A stretch of 64,000 bases of DNA from Dehalococcoidia bacterium (GCA_009692945.1 SHYD01000001.1:11898-75897), one strand, 5' to 3'; shown: positions 29,747 to 39,521, counted from the stretch's first letter. A program made the numbers and translations. Notes: generated from the letters alone by a model not told the origin.

Positions 29747-31282
29747 ATGGACCGGATAGTTATCTTAGACACCACCATGCGCGATGGGGAGCAGGCTCCG
29801 GGCGCCACCATGAACCTGGAGGACAAGGTCCAGATCGGGCGTCAATTGGAACGCCTTGGGATCGATGTCATCGAAGCGGGCTTCCCCGCCAATTCTCCGC
29901 AGGAGGTCGAGGCGGTGGCCGCCGTGGCCAAGGAGATCAAGCGCTCCAAGGTGGCCGGCCTCACCCGGCCTGTTCTCAGTGACATCGATGCCTGCTGGGA
30001 GGCGGTGCACCACGCCGAGAACCCACGCATCCACGTGTTCATCTCGACCTCCGACCTCCACCTGGAGCGGATGCTGCGCAAGACGCGGGAAGAAGTCCTC
30101 GAAATGTCGGTGAAGGGCGTCGCCCACGCCAAGAAGTACACCGACGACGTCGAGTTCTCGCCCATGGACGCCACCCGCACCGACCCCGTCTATCTGTATC
30201 AACTGTTAACCGCAGTGATCGATGCAGGCGCGACGACCATCAACATCGCCGACACCGTCGGCTACGCCATCCCGGACGAGTTCGCACGCTTCCTCACGGG
30301 CATCCGAGAAAACGTGCCCAACGTCGACAAGGCCGTGATGAGCGTCCACTGTCACAACGACCTCGGATTGGCCGTCGCCAACAGCCTCGCCGCCATCAAG
30401 GCAGGCGCGCGGCAGATCGAGGTGTGCGTCAACGGACTGGGGGAACGGGCGGGGAACGCCTCGCTGGAAGAGGTGGTCATGGCCATCTCGACCCGGCGGG
30501 ACCTGTTGGGCGCCTACCACGGCCTGGACACCACCCAGATCTACCGCACCAGCCGGATGGTGTCGGACGTCACGGGAATGCTCATCCAAGCCAACAAGGC
30601 CATCGTGGGAGCGAACGCGTTCCGTCACGAGTCCGGCATCCATCAGGACGGCGTCATCAAGGAACGCACCACCTACGAGATCATGGACCCCAAGTCAATC
30701 GGCCTCACCAGTTCGGTGCTGCACATTGGCAAGACCAGCGGCCGGGCCGGCTTCCGGTCCCATCTTAAGGACATGGGGTACGACATGACCGACCAAGACT
30801 TCTCCAAGGCATGGGAGTCCTTCAGGGAGGTCGTCAGCAAGAAGAAGTACATCACCGATCGGGATATCGAGGCCATCGTGGCCGAAGAGTTGCGGTCGGT
30901 CGATGAGACCTACCGGTTGGACGAGGTCCACGTCACCTGTGGCGAACCGGGCATCCCTACCGCATCGGTGAAGATCGTCGATTCTGAGGGACGCGAGTTC
31001 ATCGAGTCGGCAGTGGGCAACGGCCCGGTGGATGCCGTCTACAACGCCATCAGCAAAGTGATACCGGTGAGCAATACCCTGGAGGAATTCACGATCAAGT
31101 CGATCACAGACAGCACCGAATCCCTCGGCGAAGTGACGATCCGGATCGAAAGCAATGGACAGACCTTCACCGGCCGGGGCGCCAGCACCGATATCATCGT
31201 GGCCAGCGCCAGGGCGTACCTGAACGCCATCAACCGGCTCGTGTCGATGCAGGGACTGGACAGCAAGGGCCCCGTCAAGTAG
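29747..31282 (+). CDS. leuA: 2-isopropylmalate synthase
   Basis: MDRIVILDTTMRDGEQAPGATM.. HMGL-like barrel, ..HCHNDLGLAVANS.., C-terminal LeuA dimerisation domain. 511 aa. Confidence 0.93.
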   Translation: MDRIVILDTTMRDGEQAPGATMNLEDKVQIGRQLERLGIDVIEAGFPANSPQEVEAVAAVAKEIKRSKVAGLTRPVLSDIDACWEAVHHAENPRIHVFISTSDLHLERMLRKTREEVLEMSVKGVAHAKKYTDDVEFSPMDATRTDPVYLYQLLTAVIDAGATTINIADTVGYAIPDEFARFLTGIRENVPNVDKAVMSVHCHNDLGLAVANSLAAIKAGARQIEVCVNGLGERAGNASLEEVVMAISTRRDLLGAYHGLDTTQIYRTSRMVSDVTGMLIQANKAIVGANAFRHESGIHQDGVIKERTTYEIMDPKSIGLTSSVLHIGKTSGRAGFRSHLKDMGYDMTDQDFSKAWESFREVVSKKKYITDRDIEAIVAEELRSVDETYRLDEVHVTCGEPGIPTASVKIVDSEGREFIESAVGNGPVDAVYNAISKVIPVSNTLEEFTIKSITDSTESLGEVTIRIESNGQTFTGRGASTDIIVASARAYLNAINRLVSMQGLDSKGPVK

Positions 31283-31287
31283 CGGGT

Positions 31288-31515
31288 GAACGGCGCCGGC
31301 CGGGGCGGCAGCCCGCTGCCGGGGGAGTGGGGGTGGCCCCATAGGAGTGGGAACCTTTTCAGTGTGTGCCTGGGCGAGCTGTTCGAACACGGGGAGTGCA
31401 GAGGGGGCGAAGCCCCTGCTGCCGGGGTGTGGGGTGTCCCCACACACAAACGGCATGGGTGGGTGGGTGGGTGGGTGGGAGTGGCCCATACCCCCGAACC
31501 CCTGACACTGAATAG
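31288..31515. repeat. Intergenic repeat, copy E
   Basis: CGGGGCGGCAGCCCGCTGCCGGGGGAGTGGGGGTGGCCCCATAGGAGTGGG; GAGGGGGCGAAGCCCCTGCTGCCGGGGTGTGGGGTGTCCCCACACAC; (GGGT)5GGG; CCCCCGAACCCCTGACACTGAAT end. Confidence 0.8.
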
Positions 31516-31598
31516 AAACGCACCGGCCCTCTGGTTGTCAGGAATCGGGATTCCTGCCTATAATACCCACATCCCCTCCCGCGAGACTGGGGATCCTT

Positions 31599-32111
31599 AT
31601 GCTTTACAACGTCGCCCAATTGCTCAAAGAGTTGCCCGGGGCAACCAGAGACTACGCCCTCGACGAGCGTGTGTCTTTTGGCTCCGAAGAGGAGTTCGGC
31701 GAAATAACAGTCCGCGGCAGCCTGCACCTCCTCAGGACACTCGCTGGCATACTGGCAACCGCCGCCATCGAGACAGCGGTTGGTGAAGAATGCGCTCGTT
31801 GCCTTGAGCGTTACGACCAACCGCTGACGTTGCCCATCCAGGACGAGTTCTTCCCCCAGGTGGACCCGGACTCTGGGTTGCCGATCAAGCTACCCGATGG
31901 AGAGTTTGCCATCGACAACCACCACATGCTAGACCTGTCAGAAGCGATCCGGCAGACAGTATTGATCAACCGGCCAATTAAACCGCTCTGCCGGCCGGAT
32001 TGTCAGGGCCTGTGCCCAGACTGTGGAGCAAATCGCAATACCGACCCTTGTGACTGCTCTGCTGGAGCGACCGATCCGCGGTGGGCAAAATTGAAAACCA
32101 TGCTGCCCTGA
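31599..32111 (+). CDS. YceD/DUF177-family protein (large-ribosomal-subunit-associated, usually encoded upstream of rpmF)
   Basis: 170 aa. C-terminal Cys cluster LCRPDCQGLCPDCGANRNTDPCDC. Syntenic with rpmF. Confidence 0.7.
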   Translation: MLYNVAQLLKELPGATRDYALDERVSFGSEEEFGEITVRGSLHLLRTLAGILATAAIETAVGEECARCLERYDQPLTLPIQDEFFPQVDPDSGLPIKLPDGEFAIDNHHMLDLSEAIRQTVLINRPIKPLCRPDCQGLCPDCGANRNTDPCDCSAGATDPRWAKLKTMLP

Positions 32112-32147
32112 GCAGCAACCAGGAAACAACGAAGGGAACATGATCCA

Positions 32148-32354
32148 ATGGGTGCACTCCCAAAACGCAAAATAAGCAGCCGCCGGGGCGGCAACCGCCG
32201 CAGCCAATGGCACGCCGTGGTGGCTCAACTGGTGAATTGCCAACGGTGCAGCGCTCCTCACCCATCACACCACGCGTGCCCCCGTTGCGGGTACTACAAG
32301 GGCAGGACGGCCATCGAAATCCCCATGCCGGAAGAACCGGGTGCCACGGGCTAG
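32148..32354 (+). CDS. rpmF: 50S ribosomal protein L32
   Basis: MGALPKRKISSRRGGNRRSQWHA.. and zinc ribbon CQRC...CPRCGYYKG. Confidence 0.88.
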   Translation: MGALPKRKISSRRGGNRRSQWHAVVAQLVNCQRCSAPHPSHHACPRCGYYKGRTAIEIPMPEEPGATG

Positions 32355-32369
32355 GACAGCGCGGCTTTC

Positions 32370-33296
32370 ATGGGCGCCACCGCCTTCTTATTTCCCGGAC
32401 AGGGCGCACAGTTTGTGGGCATGGGCCACGACCTCTGCGAGCAATCTGCAGCCGCACGCGGGGTGTTTCGAGATGCCGACGACATCCTCGGCTACCCCAT
32501 CAGCAGCCTGTGCTTCAATGGACCGGATAACGACCTGAAACGCACGCTGTACACCCAACCGGCGGTATTCGTCGTGAGCTATGCCTGCCTGGCCGCCGCT
32601 GTCGAAGCGGGCGCGGTCGGCCGGAAACCATCGCCCCAATTGGTGGCAGGGCACAGCCTCGGAGAGTATACTGCCTTGGTAGCAGCGGGGGCGGTTTCTT
32701 TTGAGGACGGGTTGAAGCTGGTTCAGACACGAGCCCAACTGATGGAACAGGCCGGTACGCAACATCCTGGGACCATGGCCGCAGTGTTGGGCATGGATAT
32801 GGACGCACTGCAGGGCATTTGTACCGAGGCTGGGGTTGAAATGGCCAACATCAATGCCCCTGATCAGGTCGTGATCAGCGGGGAGGTGGGCGCCATCGCC
32901 TCCGCCATGGAACTGGCAAAGAGCCGAGGAGCACGGCGGGTTATTCCCCTTGAGGTAGGTGGAGCGTTCCACTCTCGCCTCATGGCCCCGGCCTCTAGCG
33001 GAATGGCCGGGGCGTTGGATTCGGTTTCGTTCGCAGACCCTTCGCCCGCCGTCGTAGCCAACAGTACCGCCGAGCCCCTCACCCAGGGTAGAGAAATCGG
33101 CCCGGAGCTCATCCGGCAACTCTGTTCTCCGGTTCGATGGGTGGAGACAATCGCCCTAATGAAGGCTCGGGGCATTCAGGAGTACATCGAGTTTGGGCCA
33201 GGGAAAGTCCTGACCGGTTTGGTCAAGCGTTTAGATAAGGACGCCGTCACCCGCAACTATGGCGACGCGGCCGCTATTTGGGGCGCCCCCGCCTAG
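32370..33296 (+). CDS. fabD: Malonyl-CoA:ACP transacylase
   Basis: AFLFPGQGAQFVGMG..; GHSLGEYTALV; ..GGAFHS... 308 aa. Confidence 0.92.
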   Translation: MGATAFLFPGQGAQFVGMGHDLCEQSAAARGVFRDADDILGYPISSLCFNGPDNDLKRTLYTQPAVFVVSYACLAAAVEAGAVGRKPSPQLVAGHSLGEYTALVAAGAVSFEDGLKLVQTRAQLMEQAGTQHPGTMAAVLGMDMDALQGICTEAGVEMANINAPDQVVISGEVGAIASAMELAKSRGARRVIPLEVGGAFHSRLMAPASSGMAGALDSVSFADPSPAVVANSTAEPLTQGREIGPELIRQLCSPVRWVETIALMKARGIQEYIEFGPGKVLTGLVKRLDKDAVTRNYGDAAAIWGAPA

Positions 33297-33299
33297 CTA

Positions 33300-33791
33300 T
33301 TGCGAGGTCATAACACCAACATGGCAGGCGCCCGCCAAAAAGCCCGCATTCTTGCATTGCAAGCCCTGTATGAGGCCGACACGGCTCACCACAGTCCGGC
33401 GGCGGCGATAGAACGTCTCCTCTTGGAGACCAAGCTCGCAGCGGAAGCGCAGTCGTTCGCCCGAGCGCTGGTGGAGGGCGTCACCCGTGAGCGGGAGCCC
33501 ATCGACGCGGCGATTCGGACGGCGGCCCCGTTATGGCCCCTTGAGCAGGTCGCCGTCGTAGACCGCAATATCCTTCGCATAGCCATCCAGGAGATCCTTT
33601 TTTCAGAGGGGAGTGCGGGGCAAAACCCCCTGCCGGTCGAGGTGGTCATCAACGAAGCGGTTGAATTGGGCAAGCTATTCGGGGCAGAAAACTCAGCACG
33701 GTTTATCAATGGCGTGTTGGGAGCCATCAACAGCCGGAGGTCAGGAGAACTGGCCGCAATAGTCGTAGAGAAGAGTCAGAGCAAATCTTAG
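33300..33791 (+). CDS. nusB: Transcription antitermination factor NusB
   Basis: ARQKARILALQALYEAD.. and ..VINEAVELGKLFGAENSARFINGVLG... The probable start is MAGARQ (33321). Confidence 0.85.
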   Translation: MRGHNTNMAGARQKARILALQALYEADTAHHSPAAAIERLLLETKLAAEAQSFARALVEGVTREREPIDAAIRTAAPLWPLEQVAVVDRNILRIAIQEILFSEGSAGQNPLPVEVVINEAVELGKLFGAENSARFINGVLGAINSRRSGELAAIVVEKSQSKS

Positions 33792-33794
33792 GAG

Positions 33795-34064
33795 GTGGTA
33801 GATTTGGCGACAGTTTTCGAACGCGTCAAGAAGATTGTGATGGACCAGCTTGGGGTGGAAGAGGTGAAGGTGGTACCCACCGCATCCTTCGTGGACGACC
33901 TCAACGCAGACTCCCTGGACCTGGTCGAGTTGATCATGTCCATGGAAGAGGAGTTCACCTCGGAGGGAAAGACCGTCGAGATCTCAGACGAGGACGCTGA
34001 AAAGATCATCACCGTCCAGGATGCCGTGGATTTCATCCGGAACGCAGGTATCGAAGACGATTAG
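33795..34064 (+). CDS. acpP: Acyl carrier protein
   Basis: ..[34 protein letters not shown].. Phosphopantetheine Ser in DSLD. 89 aa. Confidence 0.93.
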   Translation: MVDLATVFERVKKIVMDQLGVEEVKVVPTASFVDDLNADSLDLVELIMSMEEEFTSEGKTVEISDEDAEKIITVQDAVDFIRNAGIEDD

Positions 34065-34080
34065 CCGCCGGAATGCCAGC

Positions 34081-34122
34081 AAAAGAGACCGCAAGCGCGA
34101 AACGCTTGCGGTCTCTTTTGCT
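34081..34122. terminator. Bidirectional intrinsic terminator (17-bp perfect stem)
   Basis: aaaagagaccgcaagcg-cgaaa-cgcttgcggtctctttt. A/T runs flank both sides. Sits between acpP (+) and the convergent cox gene string (-). Confidence 0.8.
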
Positions 34123-34144
34123 GCAATCGCCGTGACCAAAAATC

Positions 34145-34513
34145 CTAATGTGAATTAGCCCCATCGGACGTTTCTCCGCCTCGGGCCATCAATCCGCAGA
34201 CGCCGAGAATAATTATGGCCATCACGAGGGCGACCGGCACTGCCAACGTAACCGGCTTGGATCCGTGAACCTCGATGAACACGCTGTTGGCCACCACCAG
34301 CAACAACGAACCGATCGCGGTGATGATCAGAATGGTCAGGCCCAGGACACCTACGGGGAGGGCAAATGGGACGAGGGCGTCGAGGATGTCCGCCCGACCG
34401 GAGGGGTCGGGCCGTTTGAACATGATGGCGGCGCCCAGAATGAACATGACCGCCGATATGCCCAGCAGCATGGGCGCAAACTCCGGTGGGCTCAACAGCT
34501 TCGCTTCGTGCAT
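34145..34513 (-). CDS. Small hypothetical integral membrane protein (3 predicted TM helices)
   Basis: MHEAKLLSPPEFAPMLLGISAVMFILGAAIMF..LPVGVLGLTILIITAIGSLLLVV..VALVMAIIILGVCGLMA. Last gene of the cox string. The six-frame ORF start at 34672 gives an Arg-rich junk N-terminus. Confidence 0.5.
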   Translation of the reverse strand: MHEAKLLSPPEFAPMLLGISAVMFILGAAIMFKRPDPSGRADILDALVPFALPVGVLGLTILIITAIGSLLLVVANSVFIEVHGSKPVTLAVPVALVMAIIILGVCGLMARGGETSDGANSH

Positions 34514-34533
34514 TGGTTTCCCCTTCGGTTGGG

Positions 34534-34854
34534 TTAGGCGGCGCCGGGAACTATCGTGTGAGAGGCCCCGAAGAGAAAGAGCAGTGCGATCAGCACCGCC
34601 CCGGCTATCCCCAAGCCGCCGACAAACAGATAGCTGAACAACACGCTGTCGAACTTCAGGTGCATGAACCACAGCACGACCATCGAGAACTTGATGGTGG
34701 ACAGCACCATCAAGATCGGCGTCAGCGCTCCTGACAACGATGGGACGTAGTAGACCGCCACCTCGACCAGCGTGATGACCGCCAGGATCACAGCGATCTT
34801 GATGTATTCGCCCGGACCGGGGTGAGCGCGATGGTGTTCGGCTGGGACCGCCAT
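34534..34854 (-). CDS. Cytochrome c oxidase subunit IV (prokaryotic COX4 family)
   Basis: ..HHRAHPGPGEYIKIAVILAVITLVEVAVYY.. typical of bacterial CoxD/CtaF-like subunit IV. 106 aa. Confidence 0.7.
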   Translation of the reverse strand: MAVPAEHHRAHPGPGEYIKIAVILAVITLVEVAVYYVPSLSGALTPILMVLSTIKFSMVVLWFMHLKFDSVLFSYLFVGGLGIAGAVLIALLFLFGASHTIVPGAA

Positions 34855-34877
34855 TTGTTACCTCCGGCGAGTTCAGA

Positions 34878-35531
34878 TCACCCCGCGTGCGGCGGCAGCG
34901 GGGCAGGAATCAAGTAGACCAACGTGAAGATCACGATCCATACGATGTCGACAAAGTGCCAGTACAGCCCGGCAATTTCCACCGTCAGGCTCTCCTCCTT
35001 GGGCAACCCACCCCGCAGCGAGACCACCACCAGCGACAGCAGGATGATGACACCGAGGGTAACATGCGCCCCGTGGAAACCGGTGAGGGTGAAGAAGCTG
35101 GTCCCAAACACATTGGTCGCCGGCGTCAGCCCCTCGGCGACAAACGCAGTGAACTCGAAAAACTGCCCACCCAGGAATACCGTGCCCAACAAGGCGGTGG
35201 CGATCAGCCAAACCCGCATGCCGCGAATGTGTCCCCGCTGGCTCGCTGCCAGCGCCAGTACCATCGTGAGGCTGCTCATCAGCAGCACAAAGGCACTGAC
35301 CGATGTAAAAGGGATATCGAAGACACCCTCAGGACCATTGGGGAACGGTCCCGCGAGGCTTCGGCCCCGGTAGATCATGTACGTCGAGATGAGGGCCCCG
35401 AACAACAGGCAATCAGAGCCGAGAAACGCCCACATCAGCAGTTTTCGATGATCCAGCCCGGTGGTGGTTTCGTGCTCCGGGGCGTGGGCCGCGGGATGTG
35501 CGTGCTGCAACGTCTCCTCCTGTTGAGTCAC
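34878..35531 (-). CDS. coxC: Cytochrome c oxidase subunit III
   Basis: ..FLGSDCLLFGALI..; ..FTLTGFHGAHVTLGV..; ..GLYWHFVDIVW... 217 aa. Confidence 0.9.
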   Translation of the reverse strand: MTQQEETLQHAHPAAHAPEHETTTGLDHRKLLMWAFLGSDCLLFGALISTYMIYRGRSLAGPFPNGPEGVFDIPFTSVSAFVLLMSSLTMVLALAASQRGHIRGMRVWLIATALLGTVFLGGQFFEFTAFVAEGLTPATNVFGTSFFTLTGFHGAHVTLGVIILLSLVVVSLRGGLPKEESLTVEIAGLYWHFVDIVWIVIFTLVYLIPAPLPPHAG

Positions 35532-35533
35532 CG

Positions 35534-37396
35534 TTAATCGCTAACCGGTTCCGAACACCAGGCGTAAACTCCGCCCAGCATGATCACCAACCCGACGCCG
35601 CTCAACCAGTAGCCAAAGATGACTCCCGCCAGCATCAGCGTCTGTCCGAACGCCGTCACCATGGGGAGGTATGACCCTTGAGGCATGTGGATGGCATGGC
35701 CATCTCCGTTGCCGGAGCCCGCTGTATGGGAGGGTGGGGCTGCGTGATGCGCGCCTTCACCACCATGAAGTCCGTACTTTTCGATCCAGAAGGCATCGCG
35801 TCCCTGCACCACCGGGACGGTGGCGAAGTTGTATTCCGGCGGCGGCGAGGGGATGGACCATTCCAGGGTCCGGCCGTCCCACGGATCCGGCCCGGCCTCT
35901 TTCCCGTTACGGCTGGTCCGCACCACATTAATGATAAATACCAGCACTGACAGCGCGATAACCAGGGACCCGGCGGTCTCGATCAGGTTCCAGAACTCCC
36001 ATCCCATGCCGGACGGATAGGTGTAGATCCGCCGCGGCATTCCATTGAGCCCCAAGATGTGCATGGGGCCAAAGGTGAGGTTCATACCGATAATCATGAG
36101 CCAGAAATTCAGTTTGCCCAACCCTTCATCCAGCAGCTTGCCGGTGCCTTTCGGCCACCAGAAGTAGAAACCGGAGAACAACGCGAGGATGGAGCCTCCG
36201 AACAACACATAGTGAAAGTGGGCCACGATGTAGTAGGTGTCCTGCTGCTGGTAATCGGTCGGCGGCGAGGCATGGGTTAGCCCGCTCAAGCCGCCGATGA
36301 TAAACATTGAGATGAACCCAATTGAGAACAGCATCGCAGTTGTGAACTTAAGCGACCCTCCCCACAGAGTGGCGATCCAGTTGAATATCTTGATGCCGGT
36401 GGGTACAGCGATGAACATAGTCGTCACGGCAAAAACCGAATTGGCCACTGGTCCCAGCCCCACGGTGAACATGTGGTGCGCCCATACCCCCCAACCCATG
36501 AAACCGATAAACACCCCGGCGAACACCACCGCGGGATAACCGAACAGCGGCTTGCGGGCGAAGGTGGGCAGCACCTCAGAAACGATCCCCATTGCGGGGA
36601 GGATGAGGATATACACCTCCGGGTGCCCAAAAAGCCAGAACAGGTGCTGCCATAGAATCGGATCACCGCCGTTTGCCGGGTTGAAGAAATTGGTGGCAAG
36701 GGGCGAGCGGTCCAGTTCCAACTGTATCAGTGCCACGGCGATGATCGGCATCGCGAAGATCAGCAGGAACGCCACCACCAGTGTCATCCAGGTGAACAGC
36801 GGCATCCGCATCATCGTCATCCCGGGCGCCCGCATGTTCAGGATGGTCACGATGAAATTGAACGAGGCCGCGAGGGATGCAGTCCCAAGTCCCAGCAGTC
36901 CCAGCGCCCAGAAATCAACGCCGGAACCAGCGTTGAACGCTCGCGAGGTCAGATTGGCATAGCCAAACCAGCCGGCGTTGGGCGCCCCCCCGAACAGGAA
37001 ACTGCTGTTTATGAACACGCCGCCCGCCACAAACACCCAGTAGCTGAACGCGTTCAGCCGGGGAAACGCCACGTCGCGGGCGCCGATCTGGAGTGGGATC
37101 AGGAAATTGAAAAACGCCGCGCTGAGCGGCATGATCACCAGGAACACCATGGTCGTGGCATGCATGGTGAACAACTGGTTGAAAACTTCCGGGTCCACCA
37201 CCTTGCCGTCCGGAAACGCCAATTGGAGGCGGAGCACGAGGGCTTCGACCCCGCCGATCAGGAAGAAGATGAACGACGTCACGCCGTACAGCACGCCGAT
37301 CCGCTTGTGATCGACCGTCGTCATCCAACTCCAGACCCCATAGTGGCTCGTCGGACGCCGGAGGACTCCGACCATGCTTCCGGTTATCGTGGCCAT
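35534..37396 (-). CDS. coxA: Cytochrome c oxidase subunit I (heme-copper oxidase catalytic subunit)
   Basis: ..WMTTVDHKRIGVLY..; ..WAHHMFTVG..; ..HFHYVL... 620 aa with a ~70-aa C-terminal extension containing a His/Gly-rich stretch and an extra TM helix. Confidence 0.95.
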   Translation of the reverse strand: MATITGSMVGVLRRPTSHYGVWSWMTTVDHKRIGVLYGVTSFIFFLIGGVEALVLRLQLAFPDGKVVDPEVFNQLFTMHATTMVFLVIMPLSAAFFNFLIPLQIGARDVAFPRLNAFSYWVFVAGGVFINSSFLFGGAPNAGWFGYANLTSRAFNAGSGVDFWALGLLGLGTASLAASFNFIVTILNMRAPGMTMMRMPLFTWMTLVVAFLLIFAMPIIAVALIQLELDRSPLATNFFNPANGGDPILWQHLFWLFGHPEVYILILPAMGIVSEVLPTFARKPLFGYPAVVFAGVFIGFMGWGVWAHHMFTVGLGPVANSVFAVTTMFIAVPTGIKIFNWIATLWGGSLKFTTAMLFSIGFISMFIIGGLSGLTHASPPTDYQQQDTYYIVAHFHYVLFGGSILALFSGFYFWWPKGTGKLLDEGLGKLNFWLMIIGMNLTFGPMHILGLNGMPRRIYTYPSGMGWEFWNLIETAGSLVIALSVLVFIINVVRTSRNGKEAGPDPWDGRTLEWSIPSPPPEYNFATVPVVQGRDAFWIEKYGLHGGEGAHHAAPPSHTAGSGNGDGHAIHMPQGSYLPMVTAFGQTLMLAGVIFGYWLSGVGLVIMLGGVYAWCSEPVSD

Positions 37397-37439
37397 CGGT
37401 GCGCCTCCACAAGGTTCACTGCCAGCGCGTTGGTCGCCA

Positions 37440-38591
37440 TCATTTCAGACTCAGCAGGTAGGGGACCACGGCCTGAATCTCGTCTTCGGTCAACCCGAGA
37501 TTCGGCATCAGCGCCCCACGCTTGACCTCTTGGGGGTCGCGAATCCAGCGCGCCAGGTTTTCGGGGGTGTTGTTGAGAACCCCGGCGGCGATCGTCCCCC
37601 TTCCACCAATGTGGGTCAGCGTCGGCCCCACCTTGCCGACGGCGCCAGCGAGTCCCTGGATCGTGTGGCAAGCTGAGCATTTCTGTTGCACGATCAGCGA
37701 GCCTTTTACCATTGCGGGATCGCCCGGCGGTTGGACCGGGGTCCGCTGATCCTTGACCCACTGGTCAAACTGCGCCTTTTCCTGCACCACCACCCTGAAC
37801 TTCATCTGAGCATGCTGGATGCCGCACAATTCGGCGCACTGGCCAAGGAACGTACCGGGCTCATCGACTTTGATGGTCAGAGGGTTGGAGCGGCCGGGCA
37901 CCACGTCCTGCTTGCCCGCAAGTTTCGGCACCCAGAAGCTATGAATGACATCGGCAGATTGCAGATCGAAGGCGACCACTTCCCCCACCGGAAGGTGGAG
38001 TTCGTTGGCAGTGACCACGCCGAGGCCGGGGTACTGGAACTCCCACCACCATTGGTGGCCGATGACCTTGACCTGCATGGAAACGTCGTGCTCTTTGGCC
38101 AGGTCAAAGATACTTGCAACGGTCGGAATCGCCACCGAAACGAGGATCACTACGGGAGCCAAAGTCCAGGCGATCTCCAGCCGGGTGTTGCCGTGGGTCT
38201 GGGCCGGCATTTCGTTCTCCGACCGGCGGCGGAAGCGGAACAGGATAAACAGCAACAGCCCCTGCACCAAAACGAACACCAGTGCCGCCCAGGCAAAGAT
38301 GATCCAGAACAGTTCTTGCTGCTTTTTCGCGACTTCCCCCACGGAAGACAGGGTGTCCTGGGGGTCTTTGCCACTGCAACTGGTGATGAACAGGGCGAGG
38401 ACGCCAACCAGCACCAACGAGAGGAAGGAAGCGGCGGCAGACCGGCGTGACGACAAGGTTGCCCCCTTGGCCAAACCCGTCGCGGCGCGGGCTGGCAGGC
38501 TACTTTGTGCAAGATTTCTCATAGTGGCAATCCAGTTGTTCAGTCTAGCAGAGGTTCCCCACACGGTCAACGCAAAATACGGGCAAATCAC
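37440..38591 (-). CDS. coxB: Cytochrome c oxidase subunit II with C-terminal cytochrome c domain (caa3-type)
   Basis: CuA site ..H..CAELCGIQHAQMKF.. and heme-c site CSACHTIQG in the C-terminal domain. 383 aa. Confidence 0.9.
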   Translation of the reverse strand: MICPYFALTVWGTSARLNNWIATMRNLAQSSLPARAATGLAKGATLSSRRSAAASFLSLVLVGVLALFITSCSGKDPQDTLSSVGEVAKKQQELFWIIFAWAALVFVLVQGLLLFILFRFRRRSENEMPAQTHGNTRLEIAWTLAPVVILVSVAIPTVASIFDLAKEHDVSMQVKVIGHQWWWEFQYPGLGVVTANELHLPVGEVVAFDLQSADVIHSFWVPKLAGKQDVVPGRSNPLTIKVDEPGTFLGQCAELCGIQHAQMKFRVVVQEKAQFDQWVKDQRTPVQPPGDPAMVKGSLIVQQKCSACHTIQGLAGAVGKVGPTLTHIGGRGTIAAGVLNNTPENLARWIRDPQEVKRGALMPNLGLTEDEIQAVVPYLLSLK

Positions 38592-38648
38592 TCCTCAACA
38601 TGCAGCGTTAGCGCCGTGGTGGATACAAGATACGGCGGATATTCACGC

Positions 38649-39521
38649 TCACGTAACCTTCCAGCGGTCAACCACCAGCGCGGCAAACAACAACGCCAGG
38701 TAGAGGATCGAGTACCGGAATAACCTGCGGGCAGCCAACGCACTGGCTTCCCGCAACAGCCGGACCGCGTGGTACAGGAACAACCCGCCCAACACGCCCG
38801 CGGCCACAAGGTAGAACACCCCGACCTGCTGGACCACCACGACCAGCAGCGTGAATGCTACGAGCCAGAGGGAATACATCAGGATCTGGCGCCGCGTCTC
38901 CGCCTCTCCCTTGACGATGGGCAGCATTGGGATGCGGGCTTTCTCGTACTCCCGCCGGATCAACAGCGCCAGGGCCCAGAAATGGGGCGGCGTCCAGAAA
39001 AAGATCACGGCGAACAGGTACACCGCCAGCAGGCTCACCTCTCCGGTGACCGCAGCCCATCCAACCAGCGGCGGCACCGCGCCTGCCGCGCCGCCGATAA
39101 CGATGTTGGATGGGGTCGAGCGTTTGAGCCAGCAACTGTACACCAACACATAGTAGAGAAGGCCGCAGAGGGCAAGCGTGGCTGCCAACCAGTTCGCCAG
39201 CAGCCCAAGCACCAGCGTCGATAACACCGTGAGGAGCATGCCAAACGCCATCGCCTGACGCGGCGTGATGAGCCCCGAGGGGATGGGCCGCAGGCTGGTG
39301 CGGCCCATCATGCCGTCGATGTCGCGGTCGATGAAGCAGTTGAACGTGTTGGCCGCCCCCGCCGACAGCGCTCCACCGGCCAGCGTCGCTGCGACCAGCG
39401 CCAGGTCCGGCATGCCGTGCGCTGCCATCATCATGGCCGCCAGCGTGGTCAACAGCAACAGCGGGACGATGCGAGGTTTGGTCAGCGCGAAGTACGCCCT
39501 CACAGTCTGCGAGGCGTTCAT
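38649..39521 (-). CDS. ctaB: Protoheme IX farnesyltransferase (heme O synthase)
   Basis: MNASQTVRAYFALTKPRIVPLLLLTTL..; UbiA family; ..NCFIDRDIDGMMGRT... The six-frame ORF (to 39917) has a Gly/Arg junk extension overlapping ctaA. Confidence 0.9.
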   Translation of the reverse strand: MNASQTVRAYFALTKPRIVPLLLLTTLAAMMMAAHGMPDLALVAATLAGGALSAGAANTFNCFIDRDIDGMMGRTSLRPIPSGLITPRQAMAFGMLLTVLSTLVLGLLANWLAATLALCGLLYYVLVYSCWLKRSTPSNIVIGGAAGAVPPLVGWAAVTGEVSLLAVYLFAVIFFWTPPHFWALALLIRREYEKARIPMLPIVKGEAETRRQILMYSLWLVAFTLLVVVVQQVGVFYLVAAGVLGGLFLYHAVRLLREASALAARRLFRYSILYLALLFAALVVDRWKVT

